Source of the DNA: Leptospiraceae bacterium
GTDB taxonomy: Bacteria > Spirochaetota > Leptospiria > Leptospirales > Leptonemataceae
DNA length: 64,000 bases
Assembly (NCBI GenBank): GCA_040217195.1
Contig: JAVJNR010000005.1
Coordinates: forward strand, 160,001-224,000
Direction of reading: 5' to 3'
Below the pieces are notes generated by a model. It searched no databases and was not told where the DNA came from. It saw only the letters and a program-made list of their open reading frames with translations. Of the stretch, positions 40,444 through 50,214 are shown piece by piece; within the stretch, counting starts at the first letter, position 1, and each line of letters opens with the position of its first letter. Position numbers and translations under genes: made by a program.

Positions 40444-40563
40444 CTCTTTAGCCTCATCTGCCGCTGATCTCTACCTCTTATGCAGGTCTTCACGGTCTGC
40501 ATCATTTTGCTATTCCAGGCTTCGGACGAATTCATTGAGCTACATTCCTGGTTATAAGAAGTC

Positions 40564-42375
40564 TCATCCAACTACAATGTACTCCGTGGGATACCGATAA
40601 TTCACCTGTCTGGCCCGGGGAACAATGGCCAGCAAAAATGTCATAGAACCTACCCGGCCAACAAACATTACAATACAGAGCACCGCCTTTCCTTCCGAGG
40701 AGATGGACGAAGTGATTCCCCTGGACAAACCCACAGTTCCAAAAGCAGATACCACTTCAAAGATAATATCCAGGAAGGGCTCGCTTTCCAGAAAAAGTAA
40801 AGTGAAGATTGCGGCAAATATGGAGAAGAAAGAAAGCAACACCGTAGAATAGGCACGGGCCACGGTATCTGCCGAAACGGTCCTTCCGAAGACTTCCACT
40901 CTCTGTTTACCTCGGATCAGATTCATTATATGGACTGCAGCGACACTGATGGTGGAAGTCTTGATCCCTCCGCCAGTACTCACCGGACTGGCGCCTATCC
41001 ACATTAATAGGAATGTAAAGAATACTGTATGAAGCGAAAGGCTTGCTGTAGACAGTGTTTCAAAACCGGCCGTTCTTGTGGTAACAGAATAGAATAAACT
41101 GTGCATCCATGCCTCTCCGGTTTCCATCCCGGCAAGCAATCCGTCCTGCTCCATCAGATAGAATGCCAGGCAACCAGCGAATAAAAGTACGATTGTTGCA
41201 ATTAAGACAAGTCGGGTACCTACATTGAAGCGAAAATGAACACTGGCAGGATGCCTGATTCTCAAAAACAATGCGCGAAGCACCGGAAAGCCCAGACCGC
41301 CCAGGACAATCAATACCATGAAGGTAGCCATGGAATAGCCTGGGGCCCTGGATACAGAGATCAAACTATCATCAAATAGTGAAAACCCGGCATTACAGAA
41401 AGCAGAGATACTGTGAAAAATGGAATGAAACCATCGGCTTTCGAAATTTCCCATATTTTCGGGAAGCGAACTGTACAGTGAAGCAGCGCCAATACCTTCA
41501 ATGGTAAATGTAAACAGCGCCACAGATCGAACAATCTTTCTCACCTCTCCAAGACTGTCTTCACTTAGAAGATCCCGCATCAATAGCTGCTCGGATAGAC
41601 TATGCCCCCCGGCAAGAAATAAAGAAAAGAAGGAGGTCAAGGTCATCAATCCCAGACCGCCAATCTGAATTAGAACCAGAATTACGATCTGGCCAGAAAA
41701 GGTAAACTCCCGGGAAATATCCACAGGTGATAAGCCGGTAACGCAGGTGGCGCTCACTGCAATGAAGATTCTATCGACTGAAGATACATCCCCCACTGTG
41801 AATCTGGGTAGTGATAACAATGCGAATCCACACAGTATGACGAAGATGAAACTGCCCATGAAAATCATGGCCGGATTAACTCTCAGAAATCGCAAGGCCT
41901 GAACTCGACGAACCAGGTGAATCAGATTATTAAGAACAAACAGGGCCTGGCTAATGGCCAGAAATAGCAGTACGGCCGTGGTTGAAGTGAAACCCCGGGC
42001 ATCCAGATAGGAAATAAGAGGATCGCGAAAAATCCACTGAAAGATGACAAGGCCGGCCAGACCAATTTCCAGCTTATGAGCACGAAGATGCTCTCGAACA
42101 GTTGGACGAGCAAAAAGCAGGCTAATCAGTTCGTAGGCCACAAGTACTGCCAGAATGGACTCCGTAGCCACGGTGGCCAACTTTCGATGCTGCTCATCAA
42201 TTCCAAAGCCTATTTCCAGTACAAGTATTGCCCCGGAGCCCAGGCCCGCCAGGAGGAAGATCCAGCGAAAAAGAGGATGCAAATGATGATGATAATGACT
42301 CCTACTGGAGTAGTAGAGCCTCCGGAGGGCCGAAAGGGAGCGAGACAGATCGCGGCGCAACCGAAAAATCCTCAT
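40564..42375 (-). CDS. ktrB: Ktr/Trk potassium uptake membrane subunit with extra N-terminal TM region
   Basis: Four pore loops: SATCVTGL, SAFCNAGF, TRTAGF, SAFGTVGL; also STGGGIK. Confidence 0.88.
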   Translation of the reverse strand: MRIFRLRRDLSRSLSALRRLYYSSRSHYHHHLHPLFRWIFLLAGLGSGAILVLEIGFGIDEQHRKLATVATESILAVLVAYELISLLFARPTVREHLRAHKLEIGLAGLVIFQWIFRDPLISYLDARGFTSTTAVLLFLAISQALFVLNNLIHLVRRVQALRFLRVNPAMIFMGSFIFVILCGFALLSLPRFTVGDVSSVDRIFIAVSATCVTGLSPVDISREFTFSGQIVILVLIQIGGLGLMTLTSFFSLFLAGGHSLSEQLLMRDLLSEDSLGEVRKIVRSVALFTFTIEGIGAASLYSSLPENMGNFESRWFHSIFHSISAFCNAGFSLFDDSLISVSRAPGYSMATFMVLIVLGGLGFPVLRALFLRIRHPASVHFRFNVGTRLVLIATIVLLFAGCLAFYLMEQDGLLAGMETGEAWMHSLFYSVTTRTAGFETLSTASLSLHTVFFTFLLMWIGASPVSTGGGIKTSTISVAAVHIMNLIRGKQRVEVFGRTVSADTVARAYSTVLLSFFSIFAAIFTLLFLESEPFLDIIFEVVSAFGTVGLSRGITSSISSEGKAVLCIVMFVGRVGSMTFLLAIVPRARQVNYRYPTEYIVVG

Positions 42376-42472
42376 ATCACCAGAGAGCAATACCCGGTAT
42401 CAGGTGTCATCTTTTCTCTTGCCATTCGGTGTCCGGGGATGCACCTTGTCAGAGATGTTAAAAGAGGGCTTC

Positions 42473-44638
42473 ATGAGCATCAAGATTCTGGCCTCCTACC
42501 GCCAGTTGCTCAAGACCTTTCGAGAACGAGTTCCCGAAGGCGATGAGGATCTCATACGTAGAGCCTTCCAGTTCGCTTATAGAGCCCACCGGGATCAAAG
42601 AAGGCTTTCTGGAGAACCCTACATTATCCACCCAATTGCCGTTTCTCAAACCCTGGCCGAACTGGGACTGGATACGCCCACGGTGGCAGCCGGTCTACTC
42701 CACGATGTGGTGGAGGACACACAGTTCGGAGAAGACTTCATCAAAAGAGAATTCGGTGAAGAGATCCAGAATCTGGTAAAGGCAGTTACCAAAATTTCGT
42801 TGGTAAAGAAAGACAGCGTTCAGCCTGCGGAAGGCACCCTTCGCACATTGAAAGAAAAAGAAGCCGCAGAAAACATCAGGCTAATGCTTCTGGCAACAGC
42901 CAGGGATGTGCGAGTCATCTTAATTAAGTTGGCTGACAAATTGCATAATATGCGAACCCTGCAGTTCCAGAAACCGGAAAAAGTGGAACGCATCGCAGCA
43001 GAGACACTGAACATCTATGCACCTATAGCAGGCCGACTTGGTATGTTTGGCATCAAATCGGAACTGGAGGACCTGGCCTTTGCCAGTCTGGACCGAGAAA
43101 CCTACAAAGAGATTGTAGTGGGACTCAAGCAGAGCCGATCCGAACGTGAAGAATTCATTAAGAAATTACGCAAGATTCTACAGCAGCGACTGGCAGACAT
43201 CAATATTACGGCCCGGGTAGAAGGAAGGGCCAAACATATCTACTCCATCTATCAGAAAATGAATCGAGACAATCGGGATCTAACCCGGGTCTATGATCTA
43301 CGAGGTGTGCGAATCATTGTAGATGAAGTGCGGGACTGCTACGGAGCCCTGGGAATTGTGCATACACTATGGCCCCCTATTCCCGGACGGTTTAAGGACT
43401 ATATAGCCATGCCCAAGATTAATGGCTATCAGAGTCTGCATACAACTGTGGTAGGACCGGATGGTCGCCCGCTGGAAGTTCAGATTCGTACCCGGGATAT
43501 GGATGAGAGGGCTGTCTTTGGTATTGCGGCACACTGGCTGTATAAGACAGGAAGCACCAGAGAAGAAAGAAGAAATGAGAAGCTGAAGTGGCTGGCTCAT
43601 CTTTCCCGACTCACCCAGGAATTTCATGGAGATACCAGTGAGTTCATCGAGGATCTGCGCCATGAACTTAACCCTCATGAAGTCTTTGTATTCACTCCTA
43701 AAGGAGAGATACTGAACCTTCCGGTAGGGGCCACAGTTCTAGATTTCGCATTCCGCATTCACACTGACATTGGTCTTCGCTGCAGGGGTGCCATTGTAAA
43801 TGACCGAATGGTACCCTTACGAACAGAACTGAAAAGCGGCGATCGAGTAGAGATTCTCACCCATGCTCAACCAAATCCTTCGCCTGTATGGTTGCGATAT
43901 GTAAATTCTCCCCGGGCGGGACAGAAGCTCAGAGCTTACTTTCGCAAGCAGGAAGAGGAGGAGCCGGATTTTCATGAGGATCGACCGGGCCCGGAGAAGC
44001 TGCCAGAGAAGCAGCCAATCAAGATTCGTCGCCGCAAATCCGCAGACCCCAAGAAAGTCCCCATTGAAGTTGCAGGTGCTACAGACATTCCGGTGCGATA
44101 TGCAGGATGCTGCTCTCCGGTTCCAGGAGATAGAATCATTGGATTTGTTACTCGAGGTCGTGGCGTTACTGTACACCGGGCGGATTGTCCTCATATTCCA
44201 TCCGAAGAGTCCGAAAAGGACCGCCTGATTTCGGTGCGATGGGAAGGATTGACAGAAACCTATCCTGTTCAGATTGAAATCGATGCAGAAGACCGACAGG
44301 GTCTGTATCTGGATCTGGTGGGAGCTATCGCAAGAACGCAGACCAATATCCTGAAGGCTCAGGCAGACATTCCAAGAAATCATCGTGGGACAATGAAGGC
44401 TACGTTTTTGCTAGAGGTTGAACACGTAGATCAGCTAAATGATATTCGAGAAACTTTAATGGCAATACCGGGTGTTCACGAGGTACGTCGAGTGCTGGGT
44501 CCCGGGGTGGGCCCGGAAAAGGTTTCCGGCACAGCTCAGATGGACCCAGATCTTCTGGCCGCGAACGGATCTCTCAACGGACGGTCTAACGGAAAGCCCG
44601 TGAAACATAAGAAAAAGGAAAAAACGAAACCAGGTTAA
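42473..44638 (+). CDS. spoT: Long RelA/SpoT homologue, (p)ppGpp synthetase/hydrolase
   Basis: SGEPYIIHP, LLHDVVED (HD intact), RFKDYI, NGYQSLHT, TGS (DFAFRIHT), CCSPVPGD, ACT. Start moved to ATG 42473. Confidence 0.93.
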   Translation: MSIKILASYRQLLKTFRERVPEGDEDLIRRAFQFAYRAHRDQRRLSGEPYIIHPIAVSQTLAELGLDTPTVAAGLLHDVVEDTQFGEDFIKREFGEEIQNLVKAVTKISLVKKDSVQPAEGTLRTLKEKEAAENIRLMLLATARDVRVILIKLADKLHNMRTLQFQKPEKVERIAAETLNIYAPIAGRLGMFGIKSELEDLAFASLDRETYKEIVVGLKQSRSEREEFIKKLRKILQQRLADINITARVEGRAKHIYSIYQKMNRDNRDLTRVYDLRGVRIIVDEVRDCYGALGIVHTLWPPIPGRFKDYIAMPKINGYQSLHTTVVGPDGRPLEVQIRTRDMDERAVFGIAAHWLYKTGSTREERRNEKLKWLAHLSRLTQEFHGDTSEFIEDLRHELNPHEVFVFTPKGEILNLPVGATVLDFAFRIHTDIGLRCRGAIVNDRMVPLRTELKSGDRVEILTHAQPNPSPVWLRYVNSPRAGQKLRAYFRKQEEEEPDFHEDRPGPEKLPEKQPIKIRRRKSADPKKVPIEVAGATDIPVRYAGCCSPVPGDRIIGFVTRGRGVTVHRADCPHIPSEESEKDRLISVRWEGLTETYPVQIEIDAEDRQGLYLDLVGAIARTQTNILKAQADIPRNHRGTMKATFLLEVEHVDQLNDIRETLMAIPGVHEVRRVLGPGVGPEKVSGTAQMDPDLLAANGSLNGRSNGKPVKHKKKEKTKPG

Positions 44639-46368
44639 AGACTGGCCAATCGCACCTGATCTTCATACAGACTGAATCGGGCTCCTGGTAAAGATCGTCT
44701 CTCCACCCGGTACTTTCGCACTCCCACACCAAAGGATATTTCCACCCCTGGAAAGACCTGTTCTCTCACTTCAATCTCCGCACCTTCCACCGGATTGATA
44801 CTGGCAATTAGCCGTTCTCTTTGAAGTTCAAGATTCTCCAGATGCTTCTCCAGTTTTTGCTGCACCATCCTGAGCCTCTTCTCTGTCTCTTCATCTTCTG
44901 CTGTGGCTTTGCCCCGCTTTCGACTTTCTTCGATTTGCTGCATATGCAGAAGCACCCGGTGATAGGTTTTTTTCTGTTCTTCGTACTGTGCATCCATTTC
45001 TCGAAGCTTCTGAAAAGTATCTGGATCGACTCCCACTGTAATTCGAGTAGCTGTTTCCATCTTGGTGCCAAGCTTTCTGGCCTTCACTCGTTGACCGGCA
45101 AGAATATCTCCTCCGATGATTTCTCCGCGACCTTCCTCTACAATGATTTCCTGGCCGGCAGTAAGTCTGGAATGCATACTCACTTCCTGGATGTAAATTC
45201 CATGCCCTGCCAGAAGGGAGCTCTTCTGAGCAAAACGCGCGAATATGCTACCAGCCGCCTCAACGTAGCCGCTATTTCTGGTCACAGCCCCACCGGTTAG
45301 AATTATATCCCCTTCTGCTTTTAGAAATACGTTGCTAACGGTTTTTTCGATTATAATGTCACCCCTGGCATTTACCTGGAATCCATCCAGTACGGTATTA
45401 TGTACCACCACAGTGCCCGGGAAATCTATATGACCTGTAGAGTAGTCTACATTATCCAGCTCCAGAATTTCCTCTACATCGATCCTGGGAAAACGAGTCT
45501 GATAGTTGGAAACCCGTGCATGACCGTCGATCTTCGAGAAAAATTCTGTACCCCTGGCCTCTACATTAAGTCCAGCTTCCAGGACAATGGCAGAGCCATC
45601 CGTGGCAGGAAGTGTGCGACCGGTGACCGTAAATCCAGCCTCCCCCGGTTCTCCCGGAAGAACCCGGGCAAGTAGATCCCCGGCTTTACAGGTCTGAACT
45701 ACATTCAGGTTGCGAAAATCCACCGGATCCTCTTCTCTTTGACCTGCTTCCCGAACAGGGACGGCCCGCGGATTCGGCTCAATCTGCCACTGCACGCTTG
45801 CATCTCTGGCAGCTGTGGGGTTTTTCATGGTGGCAATTCTGTAGGCCTTTTTCTGAAACCCTCGATTCGCAAGTTCAGGCAAACTGCGATTTGCAATTGC
45901 TTCCACCAGAGCTTCATCGATCCCTGCCACCACTCCCCTGGAAGCCAGAAGAGTAAGAATCTCTTCGCGGCCGGGCCAGTTTCCACCGTGTCGGGGCGCG
46001 ACAACAGTGATCATGGCCTGGCTTTCATCCTCTGCCATATCCAGTTCAAGCCTGGCATCTTCACTGGGCAGTTCTTCCCAGGCAGCAATGTCAAACGCCT
46101 CGCCAGAAGCGGCTGCCACTGCTTCGTCCAGGGCCGCCCTGTCATAGTCCTGAACTCCAAAGAGTTCCAGACGGGCCTGTACATCGATTTTCTTTACAGG
46201 CCGGCCTTTCTTTCCGGCAGGAAATACGCGAAGGATGGCCCGACCGCCTTCATTTTCCAGAAGGAAGTGTCCATTTTCGTTGTCTTCGATGGAGCGTAAG
46301 AAGTCCTGATGCGATTCCATATAATAATTAGTGCCGGGCTCTGTCTCAGGATTTTTCTGGACTGGCAA
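44635..46368 (-). CDS. FapA/DUF342 family flagellar assembly protein (start may be 46320)
   Basis: VDFRNL, PGEAGFTVTG, VDYSTGHIDFPG, beta-helix repeats, coiled coil, VFPGVEI. Confidence 0.85.
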   Translation of the reverse strand: MPVQKNPETEPGTNYYMESHQDFLRSIEDNENGHFLLENEGGRAILRVFPAGKKGRPVKKIDVQARLELFGVQDYDRAALDEAVAAASGEAFDIAAWEELPSEDARLELDMAEDESQAMITVVAPRHGGNWPGREEILTLLASRGVVAGIDEALVEAIANRSLPELANRGFQKKAYRIATMKNPTAARDASVQWQIEPNPRAVPVREAGQREEDPVDFRNLNVVQTCKAGDLLARVLPGEPGEAGFTVTGRTLPATDGSAIVLEAGLNVEARGTEFFSKIDGHARVSNYQTRFPRIDVEEILELDNVDYSTGHIDFPGTVVVHNTVLDGFQVNARGDIIIEKTVSNVFLKAEGDIILTGGAVTRNSGYVEAAGSIFARFAQKSSLLAGHGIYIQEVSMHSRLTAGQEIIVEEGRGEIIGGDILAGQRVKARKLGTKMETATRITVGVDPDTFQKLREMDAQYEEQKKTYHRVLLHMQQIEESRKRGKATAEDEETEKRLRMVQQKLEKHLENLELQRERLIASINPVEGAEIEVREQVFPGVEISFGVGVRKYRVERRSLPGARFSLYEDQVRLASL

Positions 46369-47761
46369 CCTTCAAGAAATCCAGAAAATACTCGGGATAG
46401 GTCTTTCGAACACATCCTGGATCTTCTATTTCAATGGAGGTTCCGGCGGAGACAAGGGAAAATGCCATGGCCATTCGATGGTCCTGGTAGGTTTGAAATC
46501 TGGCAGGTTTCAACTTGTCCGGTGGATTGATAATCAAATAGTCCTTGCCTTCTTCAACTCTGGCACCGGTTCGTTCCAGTTCTGTTTTAAGTCCATGGAT
46601 TCGCTCAGATTCTTTGACTCTTAGATTGCCAATGTTCGTAATGCTACTTTTGCCACCGGTAAATAGATTCAGCGTAGCAAGAGTCATGGCTGCATCGGGC
46701 ATGGAATTCATATCCAGGTCCAGAGCCGATAGAGACGTACCACCTGTGGCTTCAATGTATCCATCGCCCCATTCAATTTTCGCCCCCATGTCCTGTAGCA
46801 CCTGTGTAAATTGCTGATCTCCTTGAATGGATGACAGGCCCAATCCCCGGACTCGCACCGGCCCTCGACCGGCCAGGGCCCCGGCAGCAAGAAAATACGT
46901 GGCCGCCGAGGCATCTCCCTCTATTTCATATTCGGCGGGAGCCTGATAGGCTTGATTTCCGGGAATGGAAAACTCAGTATAACCGCTACGATTCACGGTA
47001 ACTCCAAAGTCCTTCATCATAGAAATGGTCAGATCAATATAAGGTTTGCTCACCGGATCATCCTCAAGCCGTAAGTTGAATTCCTTTTCGCTTAGAGGTG
47101 CAGCCATGAGCATGGCTGAAATGAACTGACTGGAAGTACGGCCCTGAATCCTGGCATGATCCTTCTTCCAGCCCTGACTGGTCACTCTTACTGGAGGGCA
47201 ACCGCCCTCACCGGTGGATATATCCACTCCAAGAGTTTCAAGACACCTGGCAAGATCACCAATGGGACGGCGATTCATTTGCTCATTCCCATAAATCAGA
47301 TAGGAACCCCGAAGAGCGGAAAGGACAGCCAGTAACGGTCGCATGGCCGTGCCTGCATTCTCCACATAGAACTCTCCCCGGGATGGCGAAAGCCTGGGAT
47401 GGTCAGATTCTATTTCTACATCAGAATCGGTGTCCCGAACCGATACACCGAGCCCGGGTAAAATATTTCGCAGAACATTTACATCGTCTGAAGCCGGCAA
47501 TCGCCTCAACCGACAACTCTTTCCGGCTGATGTGCCCAGGGCAGCCATAAGCAGAGCCCGATTCGCAATAGATTTGGATCCCGGTAGTTCCACTTCACCG
47601 GAAAAATTCGAGATCCTGGGGATTTGAAGAACATCGCAGGAATCTACATAAGCTGAGAACAGCCCATTGCTTGCATCTGCCATCCGCTCAGCAAAGGATG
47701 GTTCTACAGATGGGGATCTGGCAGGCATATCCTTCAATGATTGCCTGGTCCTAACTGACAA
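46346..47761 (-). CDS. aroA: EPSP synthase (true start probably downstream of 47761)
   Basis: LPGSKSIANRAL, NAGTAMR, SSQFISA, RVKESER, DHRMAMAF, KTYP. Confidence 0.97.
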   Translation of the reverse strand: MSVRTRQSLKDMPARSPSVEPSFAERMADASNGLFSAYVDSCDVLQIPRISNFSGEVELPGSKSIANRALLMAALGTSAGKSCRLRRLPASDDVNVLRNILPGLGVSVRDTDSDVEIESDHPRLSPSRGEFYVENAGTAMRPLLAVLSALRGSYLIYGNEQMNRRPIGDLARCLETLGVDISTGEGGCPPVRVTSQGWKKDHARIQGRTSSQFISAMLMAAPLSEKEFNLRLEDDPVSKPYIDLTISMMKDFGVTVNRSGYTEFSIPGNQAYQAPAEYEIEGDASAATYFLAAGALAGRGPVRVRGLGLSSIQGDQQFTQVLQDMGAKIEWGDGYIEATGGTSLSALDLDMNSMPDAAMTLATLNLFTGGKSSITNIGNLRVKESERIHGLKTELERTGARVEEGKDYLIINPPDKLKPARFQTYQDHRMAMAFSLVSAGTSIEIEDPGCVRKTYPEYFLDFLKVASPEKS

Positions 47762-47766
47762 CCACT

Positions 47767-48267
47767 TTGAGAGTCACCATGAAAGCAAATGCCAGTCAGA
47801 TGCAGCAGAATCGAAAATCCGCGGACCACAAATCTCTAGAAGAAGGCTCCGAATTACTTCTGGATTTCTTCAAGTTAGCAGAAATGGGATCGGCGGCCCA
47901 GGATGGCCTGGTTCCCACGGTGGTACAGAATGTAGATTCTGGCGAGGTTTTGATACTGGCCTATGTAAATGAAGAAGCCTTGAAAGAAAGTCTGGAGCAA
48001 AAGATTGCTGTATTTTTCAGTACATCCAGAAGAGAGCTCTGGATCAAAGGAGCCACCTCCGGCGATTATCTGGATCTGCTGGAAGTGCGAATTAATTGTG
48101 AGCAGAATTCTCTTCTTTATCTGGTGCGCCCCCGGGCGGGCGGAGTCTGCCATACCAGAGATGATTCGGGTCAGACCAGAAGTTCCTGCTACTATCGAAA
48201 ATTTGATTCTTCTGGTCTCAGTCCTGTAGCCAACGGGCCACTTCCATGGCATGATAACTCAAAATAA
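47767..48267 (+). CDS. hisI: Phosphoribosyl-AMP cyclohydrolase
   Basis: FFSTSRRELWIKGATSG, NCEQNSLL, GVCHT..SCYY. Confidence 0.93.
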   Translation: MRVTMKANASQMQQNRKSADHKSLEEGSELLLDFFKLAEMGSAAQDGLVPTVVQNVDSGEVLILAYVNEEALKESLEQKIAVFFSTSRRELWIKGATSGDYLDLLEVRINCEQNSLLYLVRPRAGGVCHTRDDSGQTRSSCYYRKFDSSGLSPVANGPLPWHDNSK

Positions 48268-49192
48268 TATTCGCGCCGGCTCGTTTCATACCAAGCAGAG
48301 ATTCCATTACTACGGCCCTGTAATCCAGCCATCCTGCCGCGGCAGCGGCCTTTAGCATGGCATATTCTCCAGACACATTGTACACAGCCACCGGAAGCTC
48401 GCTAACTTCTGCAAGAGCTCGCACCACATCCAGATAGGGAAGCCCGGGCTTAACCATTACAATATCGGCCCCTTCCTGTAAATCCAGTTCGTATTCCCTG
48501 AGTGCCTCTCGAACGTTGGCAGGATCCATCTGATAGGTCTTTTTATCTCCAGATCTGGGCGCACTTTGAAGTGCATCCCGAAAAGGACCGTAAAATGCGG
48601 ATGCATACTTCGCGCAATAGGATAGAATACCGGTATCAGTAAACCCCTCATCGTCCAGTGCCTGACGAATGAAAGCAACTCTGCCATCCATCATATCACT
48701 GGGAGCCACAAAATTAGCTCCTGCCCTGGCCTGAGCTACAGACATCTCGGCCAGCAATTCCAGGGTTTCATCGTTTAGAATTAATCCTTCTTCGGATAGA
48801 ATTCCATCATGTCCATCGCTGGAATATGGATCCAGAGCAACGTCGGAGAAGATAACTAAGTCCGGGAACCGTTGTTTGATCTTTCGAATGGTTCGTAAAT
48901 ACAGACCATCTGGATTTATGGATTCAGTGCCGGTGGAATTCTTCAGAGAATCCGCGATGGCCGGAAAAGGAGCGATGGCACGGATACCTAAAGAAACAGC
49001 TTCCTGTAAGAATTCGGATAGCCGGTCTTCATTGTGTCTATACACTCCTGGCATGGAAGGAATCTCTTCCTGGTTGGATTCGGTAACAAAGATGGGAAGT
49101 ATAAGGTCTTCTATGCGCAGATGGTTTTCGCGCACCAGATCCCGAACATAGGCAGTAGTTCGATTGCGACGAGGTCGATGGGAAAGTTCCAT
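48218..49192 (-). CDS. hemB: Porphobilinogen synthase
   Basis: RPRRNR, DVALDPYSSDGHDG (Asp-rich, non-Cys metal site), APSDMMDGR, MVKPG, YNVSGEY. Confidence 0.98.
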   Translation of the reverse strand: MELSHRPRRNRTTAYVRDLVRENHLRIEDLILPIFVTESNQEEIPSMPGVYRHNEDRLSEFLQEAVSLGIRAIAPFPAIADSLKNSTGTESINPDGLYLRTIRKIKQRFPDLVIFSDVALDPYSSDGHDGILSEEGLILNDETLELLAEMSVAQARAGANFVAPSDMMDGRVAFIRQALDDEGFTDTGILSYCAKYASAFYGPFRDALQSAPRSGDKKTYQMDPANVREALREYELDLQEGADIVMVKPGLPYLDVVRALAEVSELPVAVYNVSGEYAMLKAAAAAGWLDYRAVVMESLLGMKRAGANIILSYHAMEVARWLQD

Positions 49193-49261
49193 GAGGACAG
49201 GTTGCGAAACTGCACCAGAAAATCGAGTGTTTATGACACGACCAATTGAAGGAACCGTGGC

Positions 49262-49972
49262 CTAACGAGGCATCAGGTTCTTATTTCTTTCCACCTGATC
49301 GATTAAATGGTCAAAATTCCTGGCCTTGCTGGCCCGAAACTCCTCCAGCATCTTCAATCGAGAGGCTTCAAAGTCATCCATCAAATTTTTTTCTATGCCA
49401 ATAGATTTGTTGGGGCCCATCTCAGCCAGGGCCCGTTCTCCGGCTTTTACAAGCAGATTAGCCGCTCCCGGTCCCTGAACCTCCACTTCCCCTTCACCCA
49501 CCAGAATCCGTGTGGTCTGACCTTCAGCCTCTACTATGAAAGTAGTTCCTCGGACCAGGGCCACAGCCGTGGGTCCCTGGATTTGAATATTGTATTTCTG
49601 TGAACCGTTCTTCTGCGCATCCACCCCAAGATTCCCGGAGATTATATTGATAAAAAAATCCAATCTGGACTGAGTATGCTGAATATTCTTAACTACTACT
49701 TCACTGTTTTCCTGCACCGATATGAAAGCACCTTTCGAAAACTGAACAACTACCCTGGAATTCTTTCCCGTCCGGATAACATCCTTTTCTTCAACAAGCT
49801 CCCGCACTCGAATCTTCTGAATCCTGTCACCACGCTTTATTTCAGCGTCTCCCACTCTAAAGGTGACCAGACCAATCCTTCGCGTGGTTTCCTGCTCTGC
49901 AGCCACAGGCTGAAAGGGACTCACAAATAGGGGCAAAACCGATGCCAGAAGAATAATTAAGATTCGATTCAT
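49262..49972 (-). CDS. Exported FecR-domain protein
   Basis: Signal peptide; DVIRTGKNS, GPTAVALVRGTTF, VGEGEVEV. Confidence 0.8.
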   Translation of the reverse strand: MNRILIILLASVLPLFVSPFQPVAAEQETTRRIGLVTFRVGDAEIKRGDRIQKIRVRELVEEKDVIRTGKNSRVVVQFSKGAFISVQENSEVVVKNIQHTQSRLDFFINIISGNLGVDAQKNGSQKYNIQIQGPTAVALVRGTTFIVEAEGQTTRILVGEGEVEVQGPGAANLLVKAGERALAEMGPNKSIGIEKNLMDDFEASRLKMLEEFRASKARNFDHLIDQVERNKNLMPR

Positions 49973-50038
49973 AGTATTTCCTTTTTTTCGCGCTTAACTC
50001 TAACTGAACCGTTGCCGGTTCGCAAGCCTTCGTCTATT

Positions 50039-50068
50039 ACTGTAGCCCCGTTAACACTGCGAAGTCAA
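50039..50068 (-). promoter_or_regulatory. Putative sigma70 promoter of the FecR-domain gene
   Basis: Minus strand TTGACT-N18-TACAGT. Confidence 0.45.
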
Positions 50069-50214
50069 TGTGGCATCCATGGTTGCTATTAGATCGATCA
50101 TGGCCATGCAGTGGTTCGCGGAAACTGATTTTTCGTTCCATTACCGGGTATATTTTCCTAATTCCAGGCCGGATTGCAGTCCAATCCCGATTTTTGAGGC
50201 ATAAGTTACCGGAT

